64,000 nt of DNA from Acidilobaceae archaeon (lineage in GTDB: Archaea > Thermoproteota > Thermoprotei_A > Sulfolobales > Acidilobaceae): assembly GCA_038824665.1 (NCBI GenBank), contig JAWBBK010000003.1:318-64317 (forward strand), in the 5' to 3' direction. The notes under the pieces were generated by a model. The model was not told the DNA's origin. It ran no database searches and saw only the letters and a list, made by a program, of their open reading frames with translations. A program made the position numbers and the translations under genes. Shown here piece after piece: positions 29,467-38,415 of this stretch (position 1 is the stretch's first letter; each line of letters begins with the position of its first letter).

Positions 29467-30187
29467 TCTCATAAAGTCTTCTAGGGTTTTTAGAATAAAG
29501 CCTCAGCTTGTTTAAAGTCTTCTCGCCTCTGACCACCAGCTCTACGAACTTCCTCTCTTCGCTTAAATCGATAGAGACCTCTTTGGGTAGAGGGAACCCT
29601 ATCCCTTTTTTCGTCAAAAGCCCAGAGATTACTATGCCTTTCTCTGTGACCACATAGCTTCGTGGAACGTTAAGTATTGTAATCGATTTCATTCTGGCTA
29701 AAGCGAGTTGTATCGAAGCTTGGTTTATGATGAAGAACCCTTCAAGATAGACAAGAAATCCTAAAAACCTTCCTAAGTACGCGTTGCCTGTCATCTCTGT
29801 GAAGAACTCAGCAAGAGCTGGAACCTTACTCCAGAATATGAAGAAGTAAGCAAGTCCTATCAAAAGCGCTAAGTTCATATAAGTGAAGAACCTGAGCTGT
29901 TCTTGAAGTTCTTGAAGTTGGCTTTGGTCTTGAGCTTGTATCTCCATTGCGTTTTTCTCTTCATAAAGCTTTTTGACTGAAAGTATCTCTTCAACTCTCT
30001 TCGAAGCCTTTTCAAAAGGTCCTTTGAATATTTTGTTTAGCAACTGGCTAGACGCAATAGAAAAAGCTATTATTATGAGGAACGTCCATATATTTATGCC
30101 TATAATCGTCGCTAAAGCTGAGTAAGCTAAAACCAATATCTGTCCTAAGAGAACTCTATACAAGGGTCTCTCGTAATAGTAAGCCAA
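29435..30187 (-). CDS. Crenarchaeal membrane protein (DUF2208-like)
   Basis: Four hydrophobic segments and a soluble C-terminal VTEKGI...KFVEL...RLYSKNP domain. Confidence 0.7.
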   Translation of the reverse strand: MAYYYERPLYRVLLGQILVLAYSALATIIGINIWTFLIIIAFSIASSQLLNKIFKGPFEKASKRVEEILSVKKLYEEKNAMEIQAQDQSQLQELQEQLRFFTYMNLALLIGLAYFFIFWSKVPALAEFFTEMTGNAYLGRFLGFLVYLEGFFIINQASIQLALARMKSITILNVPRSYVVTEKGIVISGLLTKKGIGFPLPKEVSIDLSEERKFVELVVRGEKTLNKLRLYSKNPRRLYEIILKNGLRET

Positions 30188-30682
30188 CGCAACTCCCGGA
30201 AAACGTAAAGAGTAGAAGCTTAATTGGCTGTCGTTTTTCTACAGACAGCTCTTCTTAGACCTTTGTGCTCTTCTATCTTCAACTTCAGCTATCCGTTTCT
30301 AAAACTTCTAGAGCCTTCTATCCCATGAAGCTCTGACGTAGGAAAGTCAAGAGCGTTAACGGTATGAAAGCGTGTAGGATATTCAGATACCTCACATAGT
30401 GTAACGCTAGAGGATCTGAACGTTACGCTAGGAATGACAAGATATGAGTGGAAACAACAACTGCTAAGCATCAATACTCAAGAACATTGTGATCGAGACA
30501 TATCGTCTTATAAGACTTCTGTCTAGCGTGGAATTCTTAAGAGAACATGTAGTCTACCTATTAGTTATTATCCAGCTTTAGCGTTTGTTTCTCAAGTCGA
30601 GTTTTAAGCTTAGAATTGAACGACAGAGGCTACAGACTCCTTCAAGAAAATAGCTTTCTTAAGCGAGAGAGTCATACATGCG

Positions 30683-30955
30683 CTACTCGAGGTCTTTCTC
30701 TTCTCTCTTCTTTATCTTACTTTTAGCCTCAGAGAATCTCTTAGAACCGAAGAGCAAAGCTAAGCCGATCCCTGCGATGAATCCTCCTATGATTATAGCT
30801 GTAGCGGCCAGCGTGGCTTTGATCAAAGTCTGCGAGTAGTCTGTGTACAACACTAAATAAGAGTATACGACCGCTACGATAAGACCGAAGACCGTAAAGA
30901 TAGAGCCTAACACTTTAGGGTCCAATAGATTCCACCTCTTTAACTTTTTCTTCAA
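30683..30955 (-). CDS. Small two-TM membrane protein
   Basis: Two hydrophobic helices with basic termini; overlaps the upstream gene stop. Confidence 0.7.
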   Translation of the reverse strand: MKKKLKRWNLLDPKVLGSIFTVFGLIVAVVYSYLVLYTDYSQTLIKATLAATAIIIGGFIAGIGLALLFGSKRFSEAKSKIKKREEKDLE

Positions 30956-31161
30956 CTGTCTTTTTTGTTCTCCTTGGCTTCTTTCAAAGAAAATACCATC
31001 TTCTTTCTGTTGTAATCTGGTTTTCTTTCAACAACTCTTCTTCTAACCAGATCAGCTAGAAGACCTCTCAATGCTCTTCTATCTCTTATGCTTAAAGTGT
31101 TCGCTATCTCTGAGAACGTTAGCTCTCTGTTCTCAAGAAGTTTGAGGACGTTCTCCTCCAC
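30952..31161 (-). CDS. Small winged-helix DNA-binding protein
   Basis: LTFSEIANTL...LRGLLADLVRRRVVER...KMVF wHTH pattern. Confidence 0.75.
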   Translation of the reverse strand: MEENVLKLLENRELTFSEIANTLSIRDRRALRGLLADLVRRRVVERKPDYNRKKMVFSLKEAKENKKDS

Positions 31162-31294
31162 GCTCTTTCCCTATGTGTGAGTTCAGAAAGAGAGTTTTTA
31201 ACCAAAGGCTAAACGCATTCTCGAGACCTCATAAAATACTTTCTCTCTACCCTCTCTACAAATAAAGGCTAGACCTTCCAATAGGGCGTCTCTA

Positions 31295-31549
31295 TTGAGA
31301 GTAAAGCTCGATTTAGACCAAATAGCCAAAGAGATCGCTGACAGTAAGTTCAAATATGTGAGAGTGAAAGACGTGAGCAAGATGCTTGGCGTTTCAACTA
31401 AGACCGCCGGTAAAATACTTGTAAGGCTAGAAAGAGAGGGCTATGTAAAGAGGTATTCTATTCGAGCCTACAAAGTTCTAGTTGCTCTAGGAGAGGATAG
31501 CGCTGTTTTTCAAAGCTCTTGTAACGGTGTTCAAACAAGTCTAGTTTAG
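31295..31549 (+). CDS. Small winged-helix DNA-binding protein
   Basis: VKDVSKMLGVSTKTAGKILVRLEREGYVKRYS. Confidence 0.8.
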   Translation: MRVKLDLDQIAKEIADSKFKYVRVKDVSKMLGVSTKTAGKILVRLEREGYVKRYSIRAYKVLVALGEDSAVFQSSCNGVQTSLV

Positions 31550-31698
31550 AAAGACGGTCTTCCTCTAAGCAGTTCTACGCATCTGTTTAGCGCTGTTAGT
31601 TAAGGAGCGCTACAATCTTGTTTTAGGCATAAACACTTATAAACATCTCTTCTAGAGTGCTTGAGCTGTGTGAGATCTAGAAGAGCCAGAAACGCTCT

Positions 31699-32004
31699 GT
31701 GGGGGATTTCGTCTTGCCTAAGAGATTGACTTCAATGAAGCTAGCTCTAGAAGCTTTAGGACTGAAACAACTCGATGTATACAGAATAGCTGAAGACAAC
31801 AGACTCGTAGATATAGTTAGAGTCAAAGATCTGACGAGCGAAAAGGTGGTTACGATCAATCTCGGAACGGTTAGAGAAAGTCTAGAGGTTTCAGAGTTCG
31901 TAGATAGAGTCGTCTCAGAGCTAGTTAGAGTTGGTGTCAAAGTTGATGAGAGAAAGCTAAGCGCACTTAAGTCCAAGCTCTCTATAGGTAAGCGACTCAG
32001 CTAA
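31699..32004 (+). CDS. Hypothetical protein
   Basis: Codon usage like the rest of the genome; TTATAA box upstream; function unknown. Confidence 0.65.
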   Translation: MGDFVLPKRLTSMKLALEALGLKQLDVYRIAEDNRLVDIVRVKDLTSEKVVTINLGTVRESLEVSEFVDRVVSELVRVGVKVDERKLSALKSKLSIGKRLS

Positions 32005-32886
32005 TTCGACAGCGCTCTTTCTATCCGGCATAGTGCTACTTCCTCTCATAGTGACTTTGAGCAAACCCATTGCAACCCCTAGTCTCAGAGCCCACTCAAC
32101 GTTTCCCTCTTCTTTAAATCCTATAGTAAAACCAGCATCAAATGCGTCTCCTGCACCCGTCGTGTCGACCGCTCTGACTTTAGGGCTCTCTACAAAATAG
32201 ACTTTAGACCTCGTTAAGACGACTGCTCCTTTCTCGCCCATCTTGACTGCTACCGCTTCAGCTCTAGAGCTTTTTTCAAGAATCTTACACGCGTTTTGTA
32301 TGTCTGAAGATCCAAAGAGCGTTTCTAGCTCTTGTCTGGCTACTATAGCTACGTCTACGTTTTTCAGAGCTCTGAACACTCTTTCTCTATCTCTCTTGAC
32401 TTCTGCTCCAGGGTCGTAGCTCAAAGTGATCTCTGAGGTCTCTTTCGAGTAGCTCAAAACCACATCTGGGTTTACGCTAGCGAAGTGAACGTGATCTCCT
32501 TCTTTAGGGATGTGTTCATAAGAAAGATTCGAAGCAACACCTCTATATGATATTATTGCTCTAGATCCGTCTTCTCGAGAAACGAAGATAGAAGCTACGC
32601 TAGGAGGGCCTTCTAAGACCTTTACATACATCACTTCGACTCCAGCTTCACGTAAGAACTCAAGAAAGCCGAGTCTTTGAGCTAAAGCGCTTGTGACCGC
32701 TACTAGAAAAGCTTTGTGTCCTAGTTTACTCACAGCTACTGCGTAGTTCGTAGCCGCTCCTCCAGGTCCGAGCCAAAGGTCTTCAGCTAATAGTCCCTCT
32801 CCCGCTTTAGGGCTTCTAGGCACAAACATAACCACGTCTATGTTTAGGTTTCCTACAGATAAGAACGAAAGAGTTCGTGTTCTCAC
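31957..32886 (-). CDS. PfkB-family carbohydrate kinase
   Basis: GGAATNYAV and VDTTGAGDAF signatures. Confidence 0.95.
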   Translation of the reverse strand: MRTRTLSFLSVGNLNIDVVMFVPRSPKAGEGLLAEDLWLGPGGAATNYAVAVSKLGHKAFLVAVTSALAQRLGFLEFLREAGVEVMYVKVLEGPPSVASIFVSREDGSRAIISYRGVASNLSYEHIPKEGDHVHFASVNPDVVLSYSKETSEITLSYDPGAEVKRDRERVFRALKNVDVAIVARQELETLFGSSDIQNACKILEKSSRAEAVAVKMGEKGAVVLTRSKVYFVESPKVRAVDTTGAGDAFDAGFTIGFKEEGNVEWALRLGVAMGLLKVTMRGSSTMPDRKSAVELAESLTYRELGLKCA

Positions 32887-33055
32887 ACCTCTTTCCCCCG
32901 ATTTCCAGCTGAAAGCTTCGGCTCTCTTTAAAAGACACGTAATACCTCATTGATTATGAAGTTTTTATCGCTACCTTTGAGTTGCTCACGTCAAGTTTAT
33001 TAGTCTTGGTTTGGCTATAGAATATCTAAATGATAGTGAGTTGGGTGAGTAAAAG

Positions 33056-33244
33056 ATGGCAGCCTGCACACAGGCCATCAAAGTAAAGACCCCCGGTGGT
33101 CAGGAAGCCACGTTAGTGCCCAAGAAAGTTTGGATGCTACAGCCCAAAGGCGGTAAAGGAGTCAAGATAGGACTATTCCAGGACCCCGCTAGCGGCAAGT
33201 TCTTCAGAGCTAAGGTCCCTGCTGAGTACCCTGAATGTGGCTAA
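33056..33244 (+). CDS. creN7: Chromatin protein Cren7
   Basis: [38 protein letters not shown]; GGTGA RBS; T-rich terminator. Confidence 0.96.
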   Translation: MAACTQAIKVKTPGGQEATLVPKKVWMLQPKGGKGVKIGLFQDPASGKFFRAKVPAEYPECG

Positions 33245-33274
33245 ACAAGCCACCGGGGGCTAAGCTCCAAACGT

Positions 33275-33290
33275 CTCCTTTTTTTCTCTT
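33275..33290 (+). terminator. Oligo-T terminator after creN7
   Basis: ctcctttttttctctt about 30 nt after the stop. Confidence 0.5.
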
Positions 33291-33876
33291 ATCTTTTCTT
33301 AATTAGCTCCTTAACGATAATTATCTTAGAGAGGTCTTCGAGAGTCTCAATAGCGTTTAAAGCCTCATACAAGCTTGAGCTACTATAAGCAACTACTCCG
33401 TGTTTTTCTAAAACAACTAAGCTACAACCAGTCTTCACGAAAGCCTCTGCGACCACTTTCGCTAACTCGAGAGTAGCGGGCTTTATGTAAGGAACTCTAG
33501 CGATACAGCCAATTGACTGAACGGTCTCTGAGAACACATCTAAATCTGTGTCTAACCAACGCTCAGCAAGAGCGAGTATATAAGGGGGGTGGAGGTGAAG
33601 CACTGCGCGAGCTTTCTCGACTCTCCTGTAGACCTCTAAGTGGAGAGCGAGTTCTGATGATGGGTCTCCCCAGAGGACTTTGCCATCTAAGGTGACTAGA
33701 GATACCGTTGTAGGCGATATGAATTGTTTAGGGAGAGCTCTAGGACTTATATATACGAGCTTCAAGTCTCTGTCGAGTATGCTAGCGTTTCCTCCTTTAG
33801 TTTGAGTTAGCCCTCTATTATAAGCTGTCTTCATCACCTCGACTATCTCTTTAGAGAAGCTATTGAAAAAACTCAG
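33289..33876 (-). CDS. Class II aldolase/adducin family protein
   Basis: GGNAS, PSSE..LH, HLHP and LEKHGVV motifs; frame extends to a CTG at 33876. Confidence 0.92.
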   Translation of the reverse strand: MSFFNSFSKEIVEVMKTAYNRGLTQTKGGNASILDRDLKLVYISPRALPKQFISPTTVSLVTLDGKVLWGDPSSELALHLEVYRRVEKARAVLHLHPPYILALAERWLDTDLDVFSETVQSIGCIARVPYIKPATLELAKVVAEAFVKTGCSLVVLEKHGVVAYSSSSLYEALNAIETLEDLSKIIIVKELIKKR

Positions 33877-33877
33877 T

Positions 33878-34411
33878 CTATCTGTCAGACTCCCCCACCA
33901 CGTAGTAGTACATAGTGCTCTGCCATCCTGTTCTGAAGCCGGAGACTTTGACTGGCTTCCAACCAGGTATTTGAAAATCTAGAGAAACTACTCGAGATCC
34001 CGGCTTGAGTTCTTTCGATAACTTGGGCTTAAGAGCATCGTTGACGCTTGTGAGTAGATAGATGTAGACTACAGAGGCTTCTCCAATAGGAGTCTCAAAT
34101 ATGTCTCCGTTCACAGCTACGAATCTGTCTAAAACCTCTTCTTGTTGAGCTCGTTTTATCGCTTGTTCTATGAGGTCTCTGCGAGACTCAATACAAACTC
34201 CTCTTCTCACAGCTGTTCTCTTTAATACCTCGACCACAACTCTGCCATCTCCACATCCTAGATCGTAAAAAACATCTTCAGAATCGAAGTCGACCAGCTT
34301 AAACAACATCTCCAAAGCTTCGTTACGAGTAGGAACGAAGGGAACTAACGAACCGCCTAAAGTCATAGCGAGCCACCCTAGCCAGTCACTGTATTCCTCA
34401 ATATCGCTCAT
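33878..34411 (-). CDS. Crenarchaeal protein-lysine methyltransferase (aKMT, Dot1-like)
   Basis: VPFVPT, YDLGCGDGR and YLLTSVN.ALKPKL..ELKPGSRVVS..F.I.GW match Sulfolobus aKMT. Confidence 0.88.
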   Translation of the reverse strand: MSDIEEYSDWLGWLAMTLGGSLVPFVPTRNEALEMLFKLVDFDSEDVFYDLGCGDGRVVVEVLKRTAVRRGVCIESRRDLIEQAIKRAQQEEVLDRFVAVNGDIFETPIGEASVVYIYLLTSVNDALKPKLSKELKPGSRVVSLDFQIPGWKPVKVSGFRTGWQSTMYYYVVGESDR

Positions 34412-34473
34412 TTTCTCCCGTTGTTTCTCTTAAGCAAGAGACTAATAAATGCTCTAAACAACGCCTACCTATT

Positions 34474-34878
34474 TTGAGGTGGTCTAGACTGATAGAAGTC
34501 GTTCACACATCCTTAGCTCCTAGCCCTGTTGGTCCTTATTCTCAAGCTGTGAAAGCTGGCTGTTTTCTGTTCGTCTCCGGACAGATCCCAATAGACCCCT
34601 TGACGGGAGAGTTGATTAAAGACGACTTTTCAGAAGAGGTTAGAAGAGTTCTATTGAACCTCAAAGCTGTAGTTGAAGCGGCAGGAGCAGGACTGGATAG
34701 AATAGTCAAGGTTACAGTCTATCTAACGGACTTGAGGTTAGCTCAAGAGTTCAACAGAATCTATGCTGAGTTCTTCGGAAGCTTCAGACCATCAAGGTCT
34801 TTAGTAGAAGTCTCTGGTCTTCCTAGAGGTGCTAGAGTCGAGATAGAGGCTGTGGCTTATCTTTGTGGGGACAGGTGA
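34474..34878 (+). CDS. ridA: RidA/YjgF enamine-imine deaminase
   Basis: APSPVGPYSQA, SGQIP, RPSRS and LPRGARVEIE motifs. Confidence 0.95.
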   Translation: MRWSRLIEVVHTSLAPSPVGPYSQAVKAGCFLFVSGQIPIDPLTGELIKDDFSEEVRRVLLNLKAVVEAAGAGLDRIVKVTVYLTDLRLAQEFNRIYAEFFGSFRPSRSLVEVSGLPRGARVEIEAVAYLCGDR

Positions 34879-35775
34879 TGCATGAAGTCTGTGTGACAGG
34901 ACTAGGAGCTATAGGTAGCCTCTTGGGCTTTTTTCGCTTCTAAAGGTCTTGGAGAACCTGTAGCCGTCTTGGTTAGAAGGAGAGAACAAGCTGAAGAAGT
35001 CTTGAAACAAGGGGTTAAGCTGGAAGGGCTCATCTCAGGGTCCTATAGACCTGTGGTGTATTTGAGAGAATTCGGAGAACGCTGTAGGTATAACATAATA
35101 GCTACGAAAGCCTACGATGCTGAAGAGGCTGCGAGAATCACTTTAGAAAAAACAGAGGTCTTCGTGGTAGCCTGTAACGGTTTAGGTCCACTTGAAACCG
35201 TTGCTGGTTTTGGAAAGAAAACAGCTGGAGCAGTGATAGACTATGGAGTCACAAAGCTTTCTGATTGGGAAGTCTCCGTTAGAGGTTTAGGCTCTATTGT
35301 TTTAGGACCTTGGAGAGGAGAAGCTAAGATAGAGCCTCTAGCTGAGATCTTGTCTCAAGGCGGAGCTAGAGTGAGAACAGTAAAGGACTTAGAGCCTTAT
35401 AGATGGCTTAAGCTTTCTGTCAACGCTGCGCTTAATCCAATCACAGCTTTGCTAAGAGCTCCTAACGGAGCTATTTTGGTTGAGCCCGCGTGGAGCTTAG
35501 CTAAAGCTGCTTGTCAAGAAGTGGTATCCGTAGCTAGGGCTCGTGGAATAGAGCTACCTGAGGATTGTGTGGAGTACCTTAAGAGAGTAGCTGAATCAAC
35601 GAAAGAGAACAAATCCTCTACTTTAGCTGATTTAGAAGCTTGTAGAAGAACTGAAGTAGATTTCATAAACGGAGCCGTAGTCAGAGCCGCTCAAGAGCTA
35701 GGACTCAAGACTCCGGTTAACGAAGTGCTTTACAAGCTGGTCAAAGCTTTGGAGGCGTTGGCATGTGCGCGATAA
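34878..35775 (+). pseudogene. panE: Ketopantoate reductase interrupted by a +1 frameshift at T6 (34929-34934)
   Basis: ATG 34878 gives MHEVCVTGLGAIGSLLGFF (Rossmann GxGxxG) then stop at 34941; the +1 frame continues with ATKAYD, NGLG, WLKLSVN, NKSSTLAD and TEVDFING. Confidence 0.85.
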
Positions 35776-36577
35776 GGTCATGGTAAAAGATATAGTGAAG
35801 ATGAAAGGCTCTAACAAAATAGTGATGGTGACAGCTTACGATTATCCTACAGCTAAGCTTGTCGATAAAGCAGGGGTAGACGCGATCCTAGTGGGAGACA
35901 GTCTAGCTATGGTCCTTTTGGGCTATCCTACAACTCATGGAGCTACTATGAGAGAGATGTTAGCTCACACGAGAGCTGTAGCTAGAGCAAAGCCTAGAGC
36001 TCTCGTAGTAGGAGACATGCCTTTCGGTAGCTACGAGCCTAGTTCAAAGAAGGCTATAGAATCGGCGATAGCTTTCGTCAAAGCTGGAGCAGAAGCTGTA
36101 AAGTTAGAAGGAGGAAGCGAGTACGCAGACAGAGTTAGAGCTATAGTGAAAGCAGGAATCCCCGTTATGGGACATATAGGTATGACTCCTCAAAGATATC
36201 TTACGCTAGGAGGCTTTAGACCAGTAGGCAAAAGAGAAGAGGAAGCGAGAACTCTTCTAGAAGATGCTGAAGCTCTTCAAGAAGCAGGAGCCTTCTCGAT
36301 AGTCATAGAGTTCACAGCAGCTGAAGTCGCTAAAGAGATAACGAGTAGACTAGAGATACCGACTATTTGTATAGGCTCTGGACCATATTGTGACGGACAG
36401 GTGCTAGTGCTTCACGATATAATAGGACTTTCTGAAGCTCCTCCACCTTTTGCAAAAAGATATGTCAATGTAGCCGAAATCGTAATAGAGGCGGTAAGGT
36501 CTTTTGCCAAAGAGGTTAGAGAGGGAACGTTTCCCGGACCTGAGCACACGCCGGTAAGGCTTAAAAAGCAGTCTTAA
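35765..36577 (+). CDS. panB: 3-methyl-2-oxobutanoate hydroxymethyltransferase
   Basis: MVTAYD, LVGDSL, GDMPFGSY, AVKLEGG and DGQVLV.HD motifs. Confidence 0.98.
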   Translation: MRDKVMVKDIVKMKGSNKIVMVTAYDYPTAKLVDKAGVDAILVGDSLAMVLLGYPTTHGATMREMLAHTRAVARAKPRALVVGDMPFGSYEPSSKKAIESAIAFVKAGAEAVKLEGGSEYADRVRAIVKAGIPVMGHIGMTPQRYLTLGGFRPVGKREEEARTLLEDAEALQEAGAFSIVIEFTAAEVAKEITSRLEIPTICIGSGPYCDGQVLVLHDIIGLSEAPPPFAKRYVNVAEIVIEAVRSFAKEVREGTFPGPEHTPVRLKKQS

Positions 36578-36640
36578 TAATACAAATTTAAAATTTTTGT
36601 TATTAACTAAAGCTTAAATATTCTCTATCACTACTAATAA

Positions 36641-38107
36641 TTGGGGTTGAGAACGATCGACTTAATACAACCGATTTCTACAAAGAAAGAGGAGAGGGAG
36701 GGAGGAACGGAAGAGCCTCATGGATGTCCGAAAATGTTAAGACTTCAAAACTATTTTAGTAGACTTAAGGGACTCAAGAAAGGTCTAGCTGAAGTTCTAG
36801 AGAACAGACCTGAACTCTCGTCTTATGTCTCAATCTTAAGAATTCTCGACTACTTCCAGTACACCAACCCTCCTTACGTCCAGAAACAGGTATCTGAAGA
36901 CCTTGGAGAGCCTCAGTCCAAGATCTCACAGCTCGTCGAAAGCTTAGAGAAGAAAGGGGTTAGAATTAGACTAGACTATTCTCATGTGCCTCTCGGTCTC
37001 AGACTTCTCGTAGTCATGTTTGAAAGCACGAAAGCCAGAGCTGACAGACTTCCTCTCATCGATTGGGTATCGACAGTTCTTAGAAGTCCTAAAGGTCTCA
37101 TAATTACATACAGAGTTCCCGCTACAAACATGCAAGAAGCTGTAGACATAATCGAGACCAGAGCAGAGCTGATGAGTGCAAGCACAGGACGCACGAGGAT
37201 CACGATACTAAGAGGAGAGGACTCACTACTGGCTAGACCTAGTCTAGAGTACTGGCTCTACAGAGTCTTCGACGAACACTCAGAGCTAGAGGAGATAGAC
37301 CCGATAAACGCTTTTGACCTTCTCGATGACCATCCGCGAAGAATCGATGCACCTGACTCTCTCGACCTCTACGAAGACATAGAGTTTAATCTCGACGAGC
37401 CTCACATAGGCTTTAGAGACATGTTCGACCTAGTTCTGCTGTCATATATGGAGGCTTCTATATTCCACACCAGATCGCGCAACCTAGAAGACCTGCTTCC
37501 AAAGAGGTTCGGTAAGCCGCGTCTTCAGGTAGAGCTCCACGAGAGCCACCTTAGAGCTGTAGCGAGAGGGAGCAAGGTCTCAATGAACGATCTAGATCCT
37601 GAAGAAGGAAACGTCATTCTATGCTGTGTAGCTTGGGGGTCTCAAAGAGAGCTAAGAACTCTATCTAGAGACCTCAAGAAGCACCCCTACGTCTACACTC
37701 TAGCTAAGTTAGAAGAGGAAGGACTGTTTTTCACTATGACAATACCGGTAGCGTTTACAAACAAGCTAGCTATAGAGCTAAGAGAAAGATATGGAGTTGA
37801 CATAGACTTATCGGTTGTTACTGTGAAAGACTTACTGTTGAGACAAGGTCTTCCCTATAGAAACTACAACCAGCTCGAGAGGTCGTGGGACTTCCGTAAC
37901 ACAGTTAAGACAGTGCTTCTGAATTATCTCAGAGGCTATGTCGAGAAGAGGAGAGAAGTACATATGAACATAAGGGAATATGTTGAGAAAGCTAAGAGTA
38001 GCTACGGAGAGGACTTGCTTTTAGAAGCCGCTAGAGATCTAGGCTATGAGTCTATAGATGAACTGATAGATGAGATTGAGAAGATCGAAGTACAGAACAG
38101 AAGATAG
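36641..38107 (+). CDS. Large putative DNA-binding regulator (N-terminal HTH, possibly tandem Lrp-like modules)
   Basis: QKQVSEDLGEPQSKISQLVESLEKKGV...DYSHVPLGL is Lrp/AsnC-like; a second degenerate unit is possible near DMFDLVLL. Confidence 0.6.
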   Translation: MGLRTIDLIQPISTKKEEREGGTEEPHGCPKMLRLQNYFSRLKGLKKGLAEVLENRPELSSYVSILRILDYFQYTNPPYVQKQVSEDLGEPQSKISQLVESLEKKGVRIRLDYSHVPLGLRLLVVMFESTKARADRLPLIDWVSTVLRSPKGLIITYRVPATNMQEAVDIIETRAELMSASTGRTRITILRGEDSLLARPSLEYWLYRVFDEHSELEEIDPINAFDLLDDHPRRIDAPDSLDLYEDIEFNLDEPHIGFRDMFDLVLLSYMEASIFHTRSRNLEDLLPKRFGKPRLQVELHESHLRAVARGSKVSMNDLDPEEGNVILCCVAWGSQRELRTLSRDLKKHPYVYTLAKLEEEGLFFTMTIPVAFTNKLAIELRERYGVDIDLSVVTVKDLLLRQGLPYRNYNQLERSWDFRNTVKTVLLNYLRGYVEKRREVHMNIREYVEKAKSSYGEDLLLEAARDLGYESIDELIDEIEKIEVQNRR

Positions 38108-38108
38108 C

Positions 38109-38134
38109 CAAATAATGCTAGAAATAATGCTAGA
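38109..38134. repeat. 12-bp tandem repeat after the regulator stop
   Basis: aaataatgctag repeated twice. Confidence 0.8.
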
Positions 38135-38192
38135 ATACGTCGGCTTCTGGAGGTACCTTTGTTCCGTTGAACACGACTTTATCCCCCTTCAA
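38130..38192 (-). CDS. Candidate 20-aa micropeptide MKGDKVVFNGTKVPPEADVF
   Basis: TTG at 38192, SD-like GAAGGT 6 nt upstream, BRE-TATA-like AGAAAG-TATATATA on the minus strand at about 38265-38279. Confidence 0.3.
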   Translation of the reverse strand: MKGDKVVFNGTKVPPEADVF

Positions 38193-38415
38193 AATCTAAC
38201 CTTCATAACTATTTGATCTAATCAAAAGGGAAAATCATTACAGTGCTTTTGTTATGCTGAAGGTCTATATATACTTTCTATTTATACAATTTTGTTTTTT
38301 ATTTGTGTATCGATGAGATCGGAGTTTCTTAACGTTCTCTCTTGAAATTGTAAAAAGAGAGTTCACGAATGGACTTAATAAGGGGCTTCGGTCAAGGTTA
38401 ACGCTAGGAGGAGAG

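Noticed and set aside
36641-38415. WhiP initiator with a second origin
   Set aside because: Size and motifs do not fit WhiP as I recall it, and no iterated binding boxes are visible in the AT-rich gap.
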